Program-made: the position numbers and the translations under genes
Origin: Camelus dromedarius
Lineage: Eukaryota
DNA length: 64,000 bases
Assembly (NCBI RefSeq): GCF_036321535.1
Contig: NC_087437.1
Location: forward strand, 109,618,001 to 109,682,000
Direction of reading: 5' to 3'
Part shown: positions 1 to 12,366 of the stretch, in pieces
Numbering within the stretch: position 1 is the stretch's first letter
Layout: every line of letters begins with the position of its first letter
Notes under the pieces: model-generated
What the model was told of the DNA's origin: nothing
What the model saw: only the letters and a program-made list of their open reading frames with translations
Database searches by the model: none

Positions 1-949
1 ATACAACAGAATTTTAAACAACAATCCTAAGTTTTGTCCTTCAGCCAAGTAAAAACAAACATGATGCGTTCTCTCACTAAATTTCTTTAATTCTTTTTGA
101 CCTCAGTACATAACAAAATTGCTTTCCCTTAAAAGAAGAGGCAGCAATGAAAACTCTGTAATGAACCTGACTTTTAGGATACTTGTTGGGCTATGTGGAG
201 CAGGTGAGGATGGGGGAATGACAAGCTCTCGTGGACAAAAGTAGTGAGGTTAAAGTGAAAGGTTAGAGCCCACCTAGAGAATTTACATACCTTCCCTTGT
301 TTTTTCTCCATCAAAGGCATGAAGGTGATGCTATGCACCATTCCACTGTCCCGAGGAGGAGAAGTAACACATACTAGGCAGGGAGCTTGAAATAGCTTGG
401 CCAACCAGCAGCCAGTGTGCAAAGAACACTCTGACAACCACACAGCTACTTTGTATCCCTTAGATTAGATCATTGTGTTGCCAGAGGATCAGTGGGGGTT
501 CTAGAATTTTTTTCCATAGGGGAATTTCAGGCATGACAATCTGGTTTGAGAGGTGACTAAAATAAAAGCATTACTTTGAAGCTGCATACAATTTTTACTT
601 TGAGTTTATGCTCGTTTGGCATCGCCTTTGGTGGCTGGAGTAATGCACGTTAGAGGTTATACCTGAAAGCGAAATTTACAGACGGAGAGCAAGCATTTAT
701 TTAGAAAGTGGATCTTAGCTGGGTAGGCTTGTGTTGGACGTTTGCTTTCATCTTGCCATCCAGGCTAGTCCTTGGCGATGTCACTGAGGTGAGTGTACCT
801 TTTCTCTGTACCTCACTCTCAGGAGTTCATGTTGAGTTAGCTTAGTGCTCGCACAATTCCGATTTCCATCTTTGCTCTCCTATCACTAAATAATAAGCCA
901 TATCGCCATCTGTGCTGTTAAATACCTTTACAGTGGTTTAGTCCTTTTT

Positions 950-1045
950 GAAATACCCCTGGGAGATAGTCAATTGTTACCACTTTTATTTATCCAGTAA
1001 GGAAACAGAGGCACAGTGAAAATGAATGTTCTGTCCAAAGACCTA
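950..1045 (-). mobile_element. MIR fragment
   Basis: AAGGAAACAGAGGCACAG is the reverse complement of the MIR core motif; degenerate flanks. Confidence 0.55.
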
Positions 1046-1961
1046 ATACTCACAAGCCTAAAGCTGAGCCTACTAAATTGAATTAATTTCATCCTTGAGA
1101 ATAAATTATGTATTTCTTCCAAAGGGACTTTTAAAAGAAGTAAACATTTATCACTTATTTATAGTTATGAAAAACTTAAAATTACTTTATAGAAATGATG
1201 TGTCTTTATTACTCTCCCTACAATAAACTTCAGCTCTTATTAATGTAAATAGCTAGGAAGGAAACTTTACAAAGTCTAAAATATTTAAATGTTATTCAAC
1301 AAAGCAATACAGTCGTGAATGCGCAAGGAAAAGTTAGTTTTACTGTGAGGACATGTATGTTGATAACAGATCTTCCTGTTAGGAAATTCTCATTAGGATT
1401 ACTTCAAGGTAAGGTTTCCTTTTCGACACTTTAATTTCTTCAAGGCTGAAGGATTTATATTACATTTAAGGGAAAGGTCTGTGATATGGTGGTTATCACT
1501 GGACCATAGCATCAGAATACTTTTGTCTGCTTTATGGACTTCAATTACTTTAATTTAAACTTCGGAGGTGAGGCGCCTAATGCTATCATCACTGAGATGT
1601 TGGTAGAAAGCTCCCTAATCAGTGACATACATTAAAAGCAAGTGAACTTACATCCTTTAAGCATGTTTTGACCTGCCTGCCATATCGGTAATAACCTTCT
1701 TTATGTAATACAATCACACCCTTGGAGGGCTCGTGAACTTCGATTGCAATCAAAATGGCACTTGTAAAATGCCTTGAAGAAGGATGTGTTTCCTTTGGAT
1801 TCTGGCTCAATCTGAGCCATATCACCAGTCTGGTCCATCTAGTCATGTCTCAGAGTTGAGAGGTTTACAATGGTTTATGATGGTAAACGTCAACAATAGT
1901 GTATTGCAGGGATCAAAAAGAAATTTGTCAATGTTATGTGATCACTTCATGCAGTTTTAAA

Positions 1962-2140
1962 GCAGCATTTCTCAACTTCAGAGCTACTGAAATTTTGGAA
2001 TGTTTAACTCTGTGTTGGGGTTGGGGAGGGAGCTGTCCTGTGCATCATGCACTAGAAACTAACACTTGTCCAGTTTGGACAACCAAACATATTTTCCAGA
2101 CATTGCCAAATTTCTCTGGGGCTCCAAATCAATGCTGGAA
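1962..2140. mobile_element. MER20-like hAT-Charlie MITE (internally deleted)
   Basis: GCAGCATTTCTCAAC start, GCTGTCCTGTGCAT, and ACAACCAAAC...TCCAGACATTGCCAAAT match the recalled MER20 consensus. Confidence 0.75.
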
Positions 2141-3246
2141 TGTAGGGTGCTAAATGATGGTGGGTCCCTGAGAAAGTATGTTGCCCCTGCTCCATCCCTA
2201 GCAGGCATTGCAGGACCCTTAGATGAAGTTAAGATTCCAAGGACAGAAAATGTCCCCTCCCTTGCTTCTAGGGTGGAACCCAGGAAGGCAGCAAACTTTA
2301 TGGAGAACCCTGAGCCAGTGTGGTTCTGAAGTGATAGACCAGAGATGCCTGGGCATATCTGAGTGAAGGGGTTCAAGCCAGCCTCAGGATCCCTGAGCAC
2401 TTTAGCACAGCACTGAAAGGAAAAGACATTCTCCTCAGGTCTCAAAGTACACAAATAGATGCTGGGGATGGGCAGCCTTGTAGTCAGGGGGACACAGGCT
2501 AGGCAGAGACATATGGGGATGTAGAGTGTCTCTGTAGAGGCCAACAGCAATAGATAATGATGATCTGGGACTAGTTTTTACTCATTCTGCCATTACAGCA
2601 CTGATACACTGTATATGACCCCTAAACAGAGATTAAATCCTGAAGGAAGTGATTATTAATTATCCCAAATTAGATGAGATTATATTTTAACCAGCCCAGT
2701 GGAATGGGGACTCCAGATACAGTTACACTGAGTTATACTAAAAAGTCACAACTTTGCATACATTTATGCTTTAAGGTTCACATCTGATATTTGCTGATAT
2801 GGGGTGGGGACATGGAGATACATTCCAGAGCCAATATAAATGTCTTCTTTCCCTGTGACTCTCTTCTCCAGCTACTCAAATCAGTAAACTTTTTTTTTTT
2901 TTGGATCTGTTTTCTTTCAAAAAAATTGTTTAACCCTGGAGGCAATCAGGGTTTTAGAAGCCAAGATTTTGTCTACTTTGATCCCTGTTTTCTTTACCAC
3001 GTGAGATAATAGATTCTATGTGGAGGAAAGGACAAAGAAGTAGGAGGAATATATACACAGGGAACAAAAAACATCTAAGGCTGTGATATATGTATATAAT
3101 ATGATGTCACTATGTGCCCTTGTAAGCCTTTTAGCAGGACAATAACTGGAAGGATGGAACCCAAGATATAACTTCCTCAAAACACGAGGCACTATCACTG
3201 GACCCAGGGAAGGTGGTAACTCCAACAGAGGTGGAGCCTGAGAGCC

Positions 3247-3466
3247 GGGGTGACAGAGTCAGCAAACAAAAAATAGGATTCCCAGTCAAACTTGAATTTC
3301 AGATAAACAACATATAATTTTTTGGTGTGACTAAATCCCAAGAAATATTTGGGACACACTTAGAATTAGAAAAAAAATTGTTCTTCACCTAAAATTCAAG
3401 TGGAACTGAGTATTCTGGTTTTTGTTTGTTTGTTTGTTTGTTTTTTGGTTTTTTTTGGCAACCTTA
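3247..3466. mobile_element. MER53 palindromic hAT MITE
   Basis: GGGTGACAGA...TGGCAACCTT termini, CTTGAATTTCAGATAAACAAC arm with its inverted counterpart, central TCCCAA...TTGGGA. Confidence 0.85.
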
Positions 3467-3838
3467 GTCTCAGAGAGAGTGAGATGGGTTCAGAAGCGTT
3501 AAGAAACTTGGTCTTTTGTTCAAACAAATCAGCGAGATTATTAATGATCGTAAATTTGATGAGATTATATTTAAATCAGAGAGAAATTTTTCACTCTGTT
3601 GTCTTTTCTCTTTCTTTCTCCCTCTCTCCTTCCCTTCCTTTGACTTCTAAAGGCCTCTGCTATCAGACCCAGTGACCTATCAGTTCCTTCTTTGCTTGGC
3701 TTATTATGATATAGACCACCTCATAGATTTTTCTACATTCTAGGCCTTGAAGCAAGGCAAAAGGCCACTTGCAGGTGGATAAGGGTTTTAACTACAACTG
3801 CTACTACTACTACAAAAACATAAATAGGGAAAAAAGAT

Positions 3839-3905
3839 CCCCTCCCTCTCTCCTCTGTCTCTCTCCTCCTCTCTCCTCTGTTTCTCTCTCCCCTTCTCTC
3901 CCTCA
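3839..3905. repeat. CT-rich low-complexity tract
   Basis: Almost pure pyrimidine run of CTCT/CCTCT units. Confidence 0.9.
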
Positions 3906-4084
3906 TCACAAAGACTTTACAAAAGACTGAGGCAGTGCAGGTTACAATGACTGATCACAGATGTTCTGAATGTATTTTATTTACATTTCAGTAGAAAAAC
4001 TAGATTCCAGGTGTCTTCTCTGTGTGTTTGGCGATTTTAAAATAAGAATTCCGGAGGACTGAAGGAAGGTGGATGGGACACAGA

Positions 4085-4290
4085 AATCCAATCAGGGTAA
4101 GTGGTGCTGTCTTAGCACCTTTAGGAGGGGACAGCTCAGGGGGAAAAGAGCAGTGACGGGGGAGGGAGAGGCCCCGCCCCTTCCCCACGCCCCACCTTCC
4201 CTCCGTCAACTCCAGCAAAGGGGCGAGGGTGGGGTCTCTAGGCTTAGACGGTCCCAGCATGGAGAAGAGTCCGGAGTAGGGAGTGCATGC
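4085..4290. promoter_or_regulatory. GC-rich patch with CCAAT, Sp/KLF GC boxes and a G-quadruplex motif
   Basis: CCAATCAG near 4088; GGCCCCGCCCC and CCCCACGCCCC at 4170-4193; several CpGs in an otherwise CpG-poor window. Function is inferred from motifs only. Confidence 0.4.
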
Positions 4291-4630
4291 AAAGGGAATT
4301 TTTTTTTTTAACATTTTTTATTGATTTATAATCATTTTACAATGTTGTGTCAAATTCCAGTGTTCAGCACAATTTTTCAGTCATTCATGGACATATATAC
4401 ACTCATTGTCACATTTTTTTCTCTGTGAGTTATCATAACATTTTGTGTATATTTCCCTGTGCTATACAATGTAATCTTGTTTATCTATTCTACAATTTTG
4501 AAATCCCAGTCTATCCCTTCCCACCTTCCACCCCTCTGGCAACCACAAGTCTGTATTCTCTGTCTGAGTCTACTTTTGTCCTGTATTTACGCTTTGTTTT
4601 TGTTTGTTTGTTTGTTTTTGTTTGTGTTTT

Positions 4631-7600
4631 TTAGATTCCACATATGAGCGATCTCATATGGTATTTTTCTTTCTCTTTCTGGCTTACTTCACTTAGAATG
4701 ACATTCTCCAGGAGCATCCACGTTGCTGCAAATGGCATTATGTTGTCGGTTTTTATGGCTGAGTTGTATTCCATTGTATAAATATACCACTTCTTCTTTA
4801 TCCAGTCACCTGTTGATGGACATTTAGGCTGTTTCCATGTTTTGGCTATTGTAAATAGTGCTGCTATGAACATTGGGGTGCAGGTGTCATCCTGAAATAG
4901 GGTCCCTTCTGGATACAAGCCTAGGAGTGGGATTCCTGGGTCATATGGTAAGTGTATTCCTAGTCTTTTGAGGAATCTCCACACTGTTTTCCATAGTGGC
5001 TGCACCAAACTGCATTCCCACCAGCAGTGTAGGAGGGTTCCCCTTTCTCCACAGCCTCTCCAGCATTTGTCATTTGTGGATTTTTGAATGACGGCCATTC
5101 TGACTGGTGTGAGGTGATACCTGACTGTAGTTTTGATTTGCATTTCTCTGATAATTAGTGATATTGAGCATTTTTTCATGTGCCTTTTGATCACTTGTAT
5201 TGTCTTCCTTGGAGAATTGCTTGTTTAGGTCTTCTGCCCATTTTTGGATTGGGTTGTTAATTTTTTTCTTATTGAGTCATATGAGCTGCTTATATATTCT
5301 GGAGATCAAGCCTTTGTTGGTTTAATTTGCAAAAATTTTCTCCCATTCCGTAGGTTGTCTTCTTGTTTTACTTCTGGTTTCCTTTGCTGTGCAGAAGCTT
5401 GTAAGTTTCATTAGGTCCCATTTGTTTATTCTTGCTTTTATTTCTTCTAGGAGAAAATTTTTTAAATGTATGTCAGATAATGTTTTGCCTATGTTTTCCT
5501 CTAGGAAGTTTATTGTATCTTGGCTTATGTTTAAGTCTTTGATCCATTTTGAGTTGATTTTTGTGTATGGTATAAGGGAGTGTTCTAGCTTTATTGTTTT
5601 ATATGCTGCTGTCCAGTTTTCCCAACATCATTTGCTGAAGAGACTGTCTTTATTCCATTGTATATTCTTGCCTCCTTTGTTGAAGATTAGTTGACCAAAA
5701 GTTTGTGGGTTCATTTCTGGGCTCTCTATTCTGTTCCATTGGTCTATATGTCTGTTTTTGTAGCCATACCATGCTGTCTTGATGAATGTAGCTCTATAGT
5801 ATTGTCTGAAGTCTGGGAGAGTTATTCCTCCAACCTCTTTCTTTCTCTTCAGTAATGCTTTGGCAATTCTAGGTCTTTGATGGTTCCATATAAATTTTAT
5901 TATGATTTGTTCTAGTTCTGTGAAATATGTCCTGGCTAATTTGATAGGGATTGCATTAAATCTGTAGATTGCCTTGGGCAGTGTGACCATTTTAACAATA
6001 GTGATTCTTCCAATCCAAGAGCATGGAATATCTTTCCATTTTTTAAAGTGTTCTTTAATTTCCTTCATCAATGGTTTATAGTTTTCTGTGTATAATTCTT
6101 TCACCTCCTTGGTTAGATTTATTCCCAGATATTTTATTATTTTGGGTGCTATTTTAAAGGGGATTGTTTCTTTACTTTCTTTTTCTGTTGATTCATTGTT
6201 AGTGTAAAGAAATGCCACTGATTTTTGAATGTTAATCTTATAACCTGCTACCTTGCTGAATTCTTCATTCAGCTCTAGTAGTTTTTGTGTGGACCTTTTA
6301 GGGTTTTCTATATATATAGTAACATGTAATTGGCATATAGTGACACTTTTACCTCTTCTTTTCCAATTTGGATCCCTTTTGTGTCTCTCTCTTGACCGAT
6401 TGCTGTGGCTAGGACTTCCAAGACTATGTTGAATAGGAGTGGTGATAGTGGGCATCCTTGTCTTGTACCAGGTTTCAGTGGGAAGCTTTTGAGTTTTTCA
6501 CCGTTGAGTACTATGCTGGCTGTAGGTTTGTCATATATAGCTTTTATTATGTTGAGATATGTTCCCTCTATACCCACTTTGGTGAGAGTTTTCATCATAA
6601 ATAGGTGTTGAATTTTATCAAATGCTTTTTCTGCATCTATTGAGATGATCATGTGGTTTTTGTCCTTTCTCTTATTGATGTGATGTATTACATTGATTGA
6701 TTTGCGTATGTTGAAACAGCCTCTTGTCCCTGGGATGAACCCCACTTGGTCATGATGTATAATCTTTTTTATGTGTTGTTGGATTCTATTTGCTAAAATT
6801 TTGGTGAGGATTTTGGCGTCTATGTTCATCAGTGATATTGGCCTATAATTCTCTTTTTTGGTAGTGTCTTTGCCTGGTTTTGATATCAGGGTGATGGTGG
6901 CTTCATAGAATGAGTTTGGGAGTATTCCCTCCTTTTCAATTGTCTGGAAGAGTTTGAGAAGGACTGGTATGAGTTCTTCTTTGTATGTTTGGTAGAATTC
7001 CCCGGTGAAGCCATCCGGTCCTGGACTTTTATTTGTAGGGAGGTTTTTAATTGCTATTTCTATTTCCTTTCTAGTGATCGGATTGTTCAAGTGTTCAGAT
7101 TCTTCTTGATTCAGTCTTGGTGGACAGTATGTTTCCAGAAACTTGTCCATCTCCTCTAGGTTATCCAGTTTGGTTCCATATAGTTTTTCATAATATTCTC
7201 ATATGATATTCTGTATTTCTATTTTGTTTGTTGTAATTTCTCCATTTTCCTTTCTTATTTTGCTAATTTGTGCTCTCTCTTTTTTCTTCTTTGTGAGTTT
7301 GGCCAGAGGTTTGTTGATTTTATTTACTTTTTCAAAAAACCAGCTTTTGGTTTGGTTGATTTTTTCTGTGGTCTTGTTAATCTCTATTGTATTTAATTTC
7401 TCTGATCTTTATTATTTCCTTCCTTCTGCTGCTTTTTGGGGCTTTTTGGGGCTTTTTGTTCTTCTTTTTCTAATTCATTCAGGTGGTGGGTTAACTTGTT
7501 TATCTGAGATTGTTATTCTTTTTTGAGGAAGGCCTGTATCACTATAAACTTCCCTCTTAGCACTGCCTTTGCTGTGTCCCATAGGTTTTGAGTGGTTGTG

Positions 7601-8427
7601 CTTTCATTATCATTTGTCTCAAGGTATTTTTTAATTTCAGCTTTGATTTCCTCATTGACCCATTGTTTTTTCAATAACATATTGTTTAATCTCCATGCTT
7701 TCCTTTTTTTTTCCTTTGTTGCTCTGTTGTTGATTTCCAGTTTCATGGCATTGTGGTCAGTAAAGATGCTTGAGATAATTTCTATCTTCTTAAAATTGTT
7801 GAGGTTTCTTTTGTGCCCAAGTACATGATCGATCCTGGAAAATGTTCCATGTGCACTTGAAAAGAATGTATATCCTATTTTTTGGGGGTGTAATGCTCTG
7901 AAAATATCCACCAAATCTAGTTTTTCTATTGTAGTATTTAATTTCTCTGTTGCCTTGTTTATTTTCTCTCTGGAAGATCTGTGTAGTGATGTTAATGCAG
8001 TGTTAAAATCTCCAACTATGATTGTATTCCCATCAATATCCCCCTTTATCTCTGTTAGTACTTGTTTTATGTATTTAGGTCCTCCTAAATTTGGTGCATA
8101 TATATTAACAAGTGTAATATCCTCATCTTGTATCACTCCTTTAATCATTATAAAATGTCCTTCTTTATCTTTCTTTATGGCCTTTGTTTTAAAGTCTATT
8201 TTGTCTGAAATCAGTACTGCAACACCTGCTTTTTTTGCATGGAATATCTTTTTCCATCCTTTCACTCTCAATCTATATGTGTCCTTCTCCCTAAAATGGG
8301 TCTCTTGTATGCAACCTATTGAAGGTTCTTGCTTTATTATCCATTCTGCCACTCTATGTCTTTTGACTGGAGCATTTAGTCCATTAACATTTACAGTAAT
8401 TAATGATAGATGTGTGTTTATTGCCAT
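4631..8427 (-). pseudogene. L1 ORF2 (endonuclease, RT, Cys-rich), frameshifted
   Basis: EN motifs NVNGLN, QETH, GDFN, RIDH, DHN (7513-8427); RT motifs PGPDGF, YRPISL, QGCPLSP (6308-7150); C-terminal CWRGC...HCWWEC (4631-5194); split over at least four ORFs; catalytic xADD reads YANY. Confidence 0.97.
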
Positions 8428-8833
8428 TTTGAACTTATCTTTGCAGTTGAATTGGTATATCCTTTTTGTTCCTTTCTTCTTCCTTTTGTGGTTTGGTAAT
8501 TTTCCTTTGCATTATCATGGATTTTATTTAATTTTTGTGACTCCCTTGTAAGTTTTTGGCTTGTGGTTACCCTTTTTTGTAAATCTATTAGCCCATTACT
8601 ATAACTGTTTTTATTAAACTGATAGTAACATGATCTCAAACCCATCCTACTGTTAAAAAAAATTTAAAAAAGAAAGAAAAAAGATATTCTATATTTCCCT
8701 GCCTCCCTCTCCCACTCTCAGTGATTTGTATGTCTTCTTTTATAATTTCGTGTTTACTTTATTTGTAATTCATGAATTATCACCTTTCCAGTTGTGAGTT
8801 TCTCATTTCTGTAGCATTCTGCTGCTTTTCTAT

Positions 8834-9547
8834 TTAGAATAGACCTTTCAATATTTCTTTTAGCATGGGTTTAGTGTTGCTAAACTCCTGCAGCTTTTTT
8901 TTTTTTTTTTTTGTCTGTGAAACTCTTTATTTCTCCTTCTATCCTAAAGGATAGCCTTGCTGGATAAAGTATTCTAGGCTGCATCTTTTTTTCATTCAGG
9001 GCTTTGACTATATCTTGCCACTCCCTTCTGGCCTTTAGTGTTTGTGTAGAGAAATCAGCTGAGAGCCTTATGGGGGTTCCCTTGTAACTTACTCTTTGCT
9101 TTTCTCTTGCTGCCTTTAGAATCATTTCTTTATCCTTGTCTCTGGCCATCTTTATTATGATATGTCTTGGTGTGGGTCTATTTGGGTTCTTCCTGTTTGG
9201 GACCCTCTGAGCTTCCTGTACTTGGATATCTGATTCCTTCTTTAAGTTTGGGAAGTTTTCAGTCATGATTTCTTCAAAAACCTTTTCAATCCCCTTTGAT
9301 TTTTCTTCCCCTTCTGGGACCCCTATTATGCGAAGATTGGGATGCTTTATATTATTCCATAGGTCCCTTATGCTATTTTCATTATTTTTTATTTGCTTCT
9401 CTTGTAGTTCTTCTGAATGGGTGCTTTCTATTGCTCTGTCTTCTAGATCACTAATTCGTTCCTCTGCATTATCTAGTCGGCTTTGCACAGCTATTAGATC
9501 ATTCCTCATCTCTATCAATGAGTTTACCCATTCTACTTGGCTCTTCT
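8834..9547 (-). pseudogene. L1 ORF1, C-terminal part
   Basis: AEERISDLED, NLRIIGVPEGEE, PRHIIIK, ARREW, YPARLSF motifs; frameshift in an A-run near 8896-8912; the native end LQEFSNTKPMLKEILKGLF* lies in another frame with its stop at 8834-8836. Confidence 0.95.
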
Positions 9548-11729
9548 AGGGAATTTTAAGTAGGGAGAGAAGTGGTATCCTTTTTTTTGTTCTCCACAGT
9601 CGCTGCTCCTCAGTAGGATTCTGAAGAAGGAATCCTCAGATCTGAGATGCTCAAAATGAGCTTAAATTCTAATTCTTGGCACAGCTGGGAAATGACATAG
9701 GAATTAAAATGAGAAATAATAAAAGCTCAATATCCACTTATGTGGGGTTCACGAGTACTACAGTTGCCCTATGTCACTTGAGGTACATTATATAGGCATG
9801 AAAAAGATGCTGTATGTCTTTTCCCGCTTTCATGTTCCACACTCATCCTTTCTGTGTTGGGACTTGCCCTCTCCTCTCTGCCCTTTGTACCCGTTTTTAC
9901 TCACTAGATGCACATCACATCTTTAAACTCTTTCACTTTTCACTGAGCTCAAATGTATGAAAAATATTTCAAGGAAAAAAATCATTTTTTAAATCACTTC
10001 AATTTAAAAAAAAATTACTAAAAGCCAACTTCCCTGACTGTGTAAGGTATTATCGTGGGCAATAAGGTTTGAGGGGACTTAGAGTTTTCTAAAAAGTAGT
10101 AAAAATGCACAGGAAGAGCATTGCCAGAAAGGCAGGTACTTTTCCTCTCTGCTTACCTCACAGTTCCAGTCAGCTCGCTAAGTCACAGCCTCCTCTGGAC
10201 CACAGGATGACCTCATCATCACCTAGAATGCTAATGTCCCATTCTCCTTTATAAACTTTAAAGGAACAGAACTTCACGCGGGCAAAAGATAATGGAAGAA
10301 ATTAAGTTAAAGAAAAAAAAAAGGAAGCCATTTTCTTAAGTGACAAAAATGACAGCAGATTTGCAGAAAGCATTTAGTGTTTCAAACTTTATAGACTCTT
10401 GTCTAAGCCAATGCCAAAATAAAGACAGCTCTCGTAGGCTTCACGTCATGTCATTTCTCTACGAAACTTAGCAAATTGCTTGCTTTGCACTTATATCAGG
10501 AATGGAGAGAAAATTTTTTTAAAAAATGTATTAAGGGAGACAGTTGAATGCTGGGGTAGAATACAAAATTTCAAGTTTAATTGGAAGGTCAGAGAGAAGG
10601 AAAGAAACAAATAAGCCAAAATGCACACTTACTGAGCTGCACTATCTTACAGACATCATCAGTTCAGCCCAGGTTTCCATTAAGGTAAAATAAAACACAT
10701 TGATTAAATTAATTAGAACGCTTGAGATGTTATGCTAAACATCTATGAAGGACCAAAGCATAAAAAATATACGAAACTGAAATTCTTGTAGCCGAGCTGT
10801 AAATTTTTTTTTCAGTACCCACAAGGGAGTATTTGTAACAAGATGTCAGAAGAACCAGTTCAAGTAAATAGAAATTCAATTAAGAAAGTAAAGAATCAAA
10901 CATTCTCAGAGAAGCAGAAAAACAAGAATGCATATAGCGGTGTTCAGTGAGGCCTCTCCTCTCATCAAAGCAATTGGTTCACTGTCCCCATAGTATTCTA
11001 TACCCTTGCCGTCCGCAGAATACCTTGTTCACACCACCAAACACTGAGCATCAGACCTTGTCCATTGCTGTTTTGGATCCGTGAGCACTTTCATTTTAAA
11101 ATGACTAGTAGTGATCTGCAAATTCTATCTCAACTTATTCTTAAGATATCCATAAAAAGTTCTTTCTCCTTACTTGCCAAACGCCACCACCAACTAGGAC
11201 TGTACATTAACCCATTGACAGAATTTTGAAAGGATTTCAATGTGCTTAATAGTAATAGATTACCCAATTAATTAAGAGTAATGGGAGTGAATGTAAAATA
11301 TCAAGTGGACCGTACTCATTCTAATCCCCCTCCCCCAGTCTCTCCTTTGGATTAGAAAATTGGATAGTAAACCACAGCCTTCTGGTTCTGTGTTCTGAGT
11401 CAACCAGAGCATTTCTTCTGTTGCCTCACCAGAGCACCTTTCTCCATGCACACAGCACGTTCTAGTAATTGTCTGAGCCAGAAATAAGGATTAGATGTTG
11501 GGAGAAAAAGGGTGACTGCAACAGAATAGAAGCTATCACTCTGAAAAGTAAGGGCTTGTTGGTGGGCATGGAGTAGAAAAAGTGCAATCAACAATGCAGT
11601 CAGAATTGTGTAGTTTTACAAATACTCATATTAGAAACCACTTCAGCTAAATGGATTCATATTAGATAAAAGCTAAGTAGACAGTGGGAAGTATGAATAC
11701 AGATTCACATTCAAATAGAGTGGTGTCCA

Positions 11730-11870
11730 TGCAAACCACACCTCCTGTTTGCTGGCAAGCATTCGTATCACTAAATCTCCCTTTTCCTTGATAACTAGTG
11801 AACATGTGAAATAATTTTGAAGTAAGATCTGTGTCATTCTGAGTTGAAGCCTAAGAAACAGTGTAACAGA
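11730..11870 (+). mobile_element. MLT1 (MaLR) LTR fragment
   Basis: GTGAAATAATTTTGAAGTAAGATCTGTGTCATTCTGAGTTGAAGC resembles old MLT1 LTRs. Confidence 0.35.
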
Positions 11871-12366
11871 ACAAGTGAAAATGCTGGATCTTTAAAGGAA
11901 GGACACATTTGACATTTTCAATAAGATGTGGAGAAATAGGTGGGATGAGTCTACAGGCTTGACATTCGTGCTCTAAGACCAAAAGCAGTAGAGTTTGAGA
12001 ATGACACTCCTGCTGTTAGTGTTCTTTACAAGAATTCCACACAAGACAAAGGCAAGCATTCCATGCAAAACAGACCAGGACAAGAGCTCAAGCCAGACTC
12101 CAGAAAGAGCTCTGCTAACCCTGTGAGGCATCTGTTGGCTGCACACACAGTTTGCAGGAGCCTTTGGGCTTAGGGAAGGGGGAGGACAAAGAAAGCGTCT
12201 CTGGACAATGAATTGACTCGATTTGCCACATTGGCAATGTCACCATACAGCTGGAGGCCAAACAGGAAGTCAAGCAGAGCCCAAAGAGAAGGAATACAAA
12301 TTAAAAAATCTCTAGCTAAAAATAATCTCAAAGACAAAGAAAACCTATCACTAAGCATGGCAGCCA

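Larger units (their letters stand above)
4303..9547 (-). mobile_element. Young LINE-1, 5'-truncated inside ORF1, with poly(A) and a 10-bp TSD
   Basis: ORF1 and ORF2 homology in the ORF track; poly(T) at about 4299-4309; AGGGAATTTT at 4293-4302 and 9548-9557, with the right copy followed by AA (TTTT/AA endonuclease site). Confidence 0.98.

Noticed and set aside
740..795. 25-nt micro-exon (CAG at 761-763 to GTGAGT at 789)
   Set aside because: Not a multiple of three, no identifiable host gene, and such pairs occur by chance
2059..2550. 163-aa minus-strand ORF
   Set aside because: Non-ATG start, runs into a MER20-like element, no recognisable domain
4631..9547. Active, autonomous L1
   Set aside because: No 5'UTR promoter, truncated ORF1, several frameshifts and a mutated RT catalytic motif
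5389..9549. Plus-strand hydrophobic ORFs such as 7955-8551 and 5389-5694
   Set aside because: Antisense shadows of L1 ORF1/ORF2
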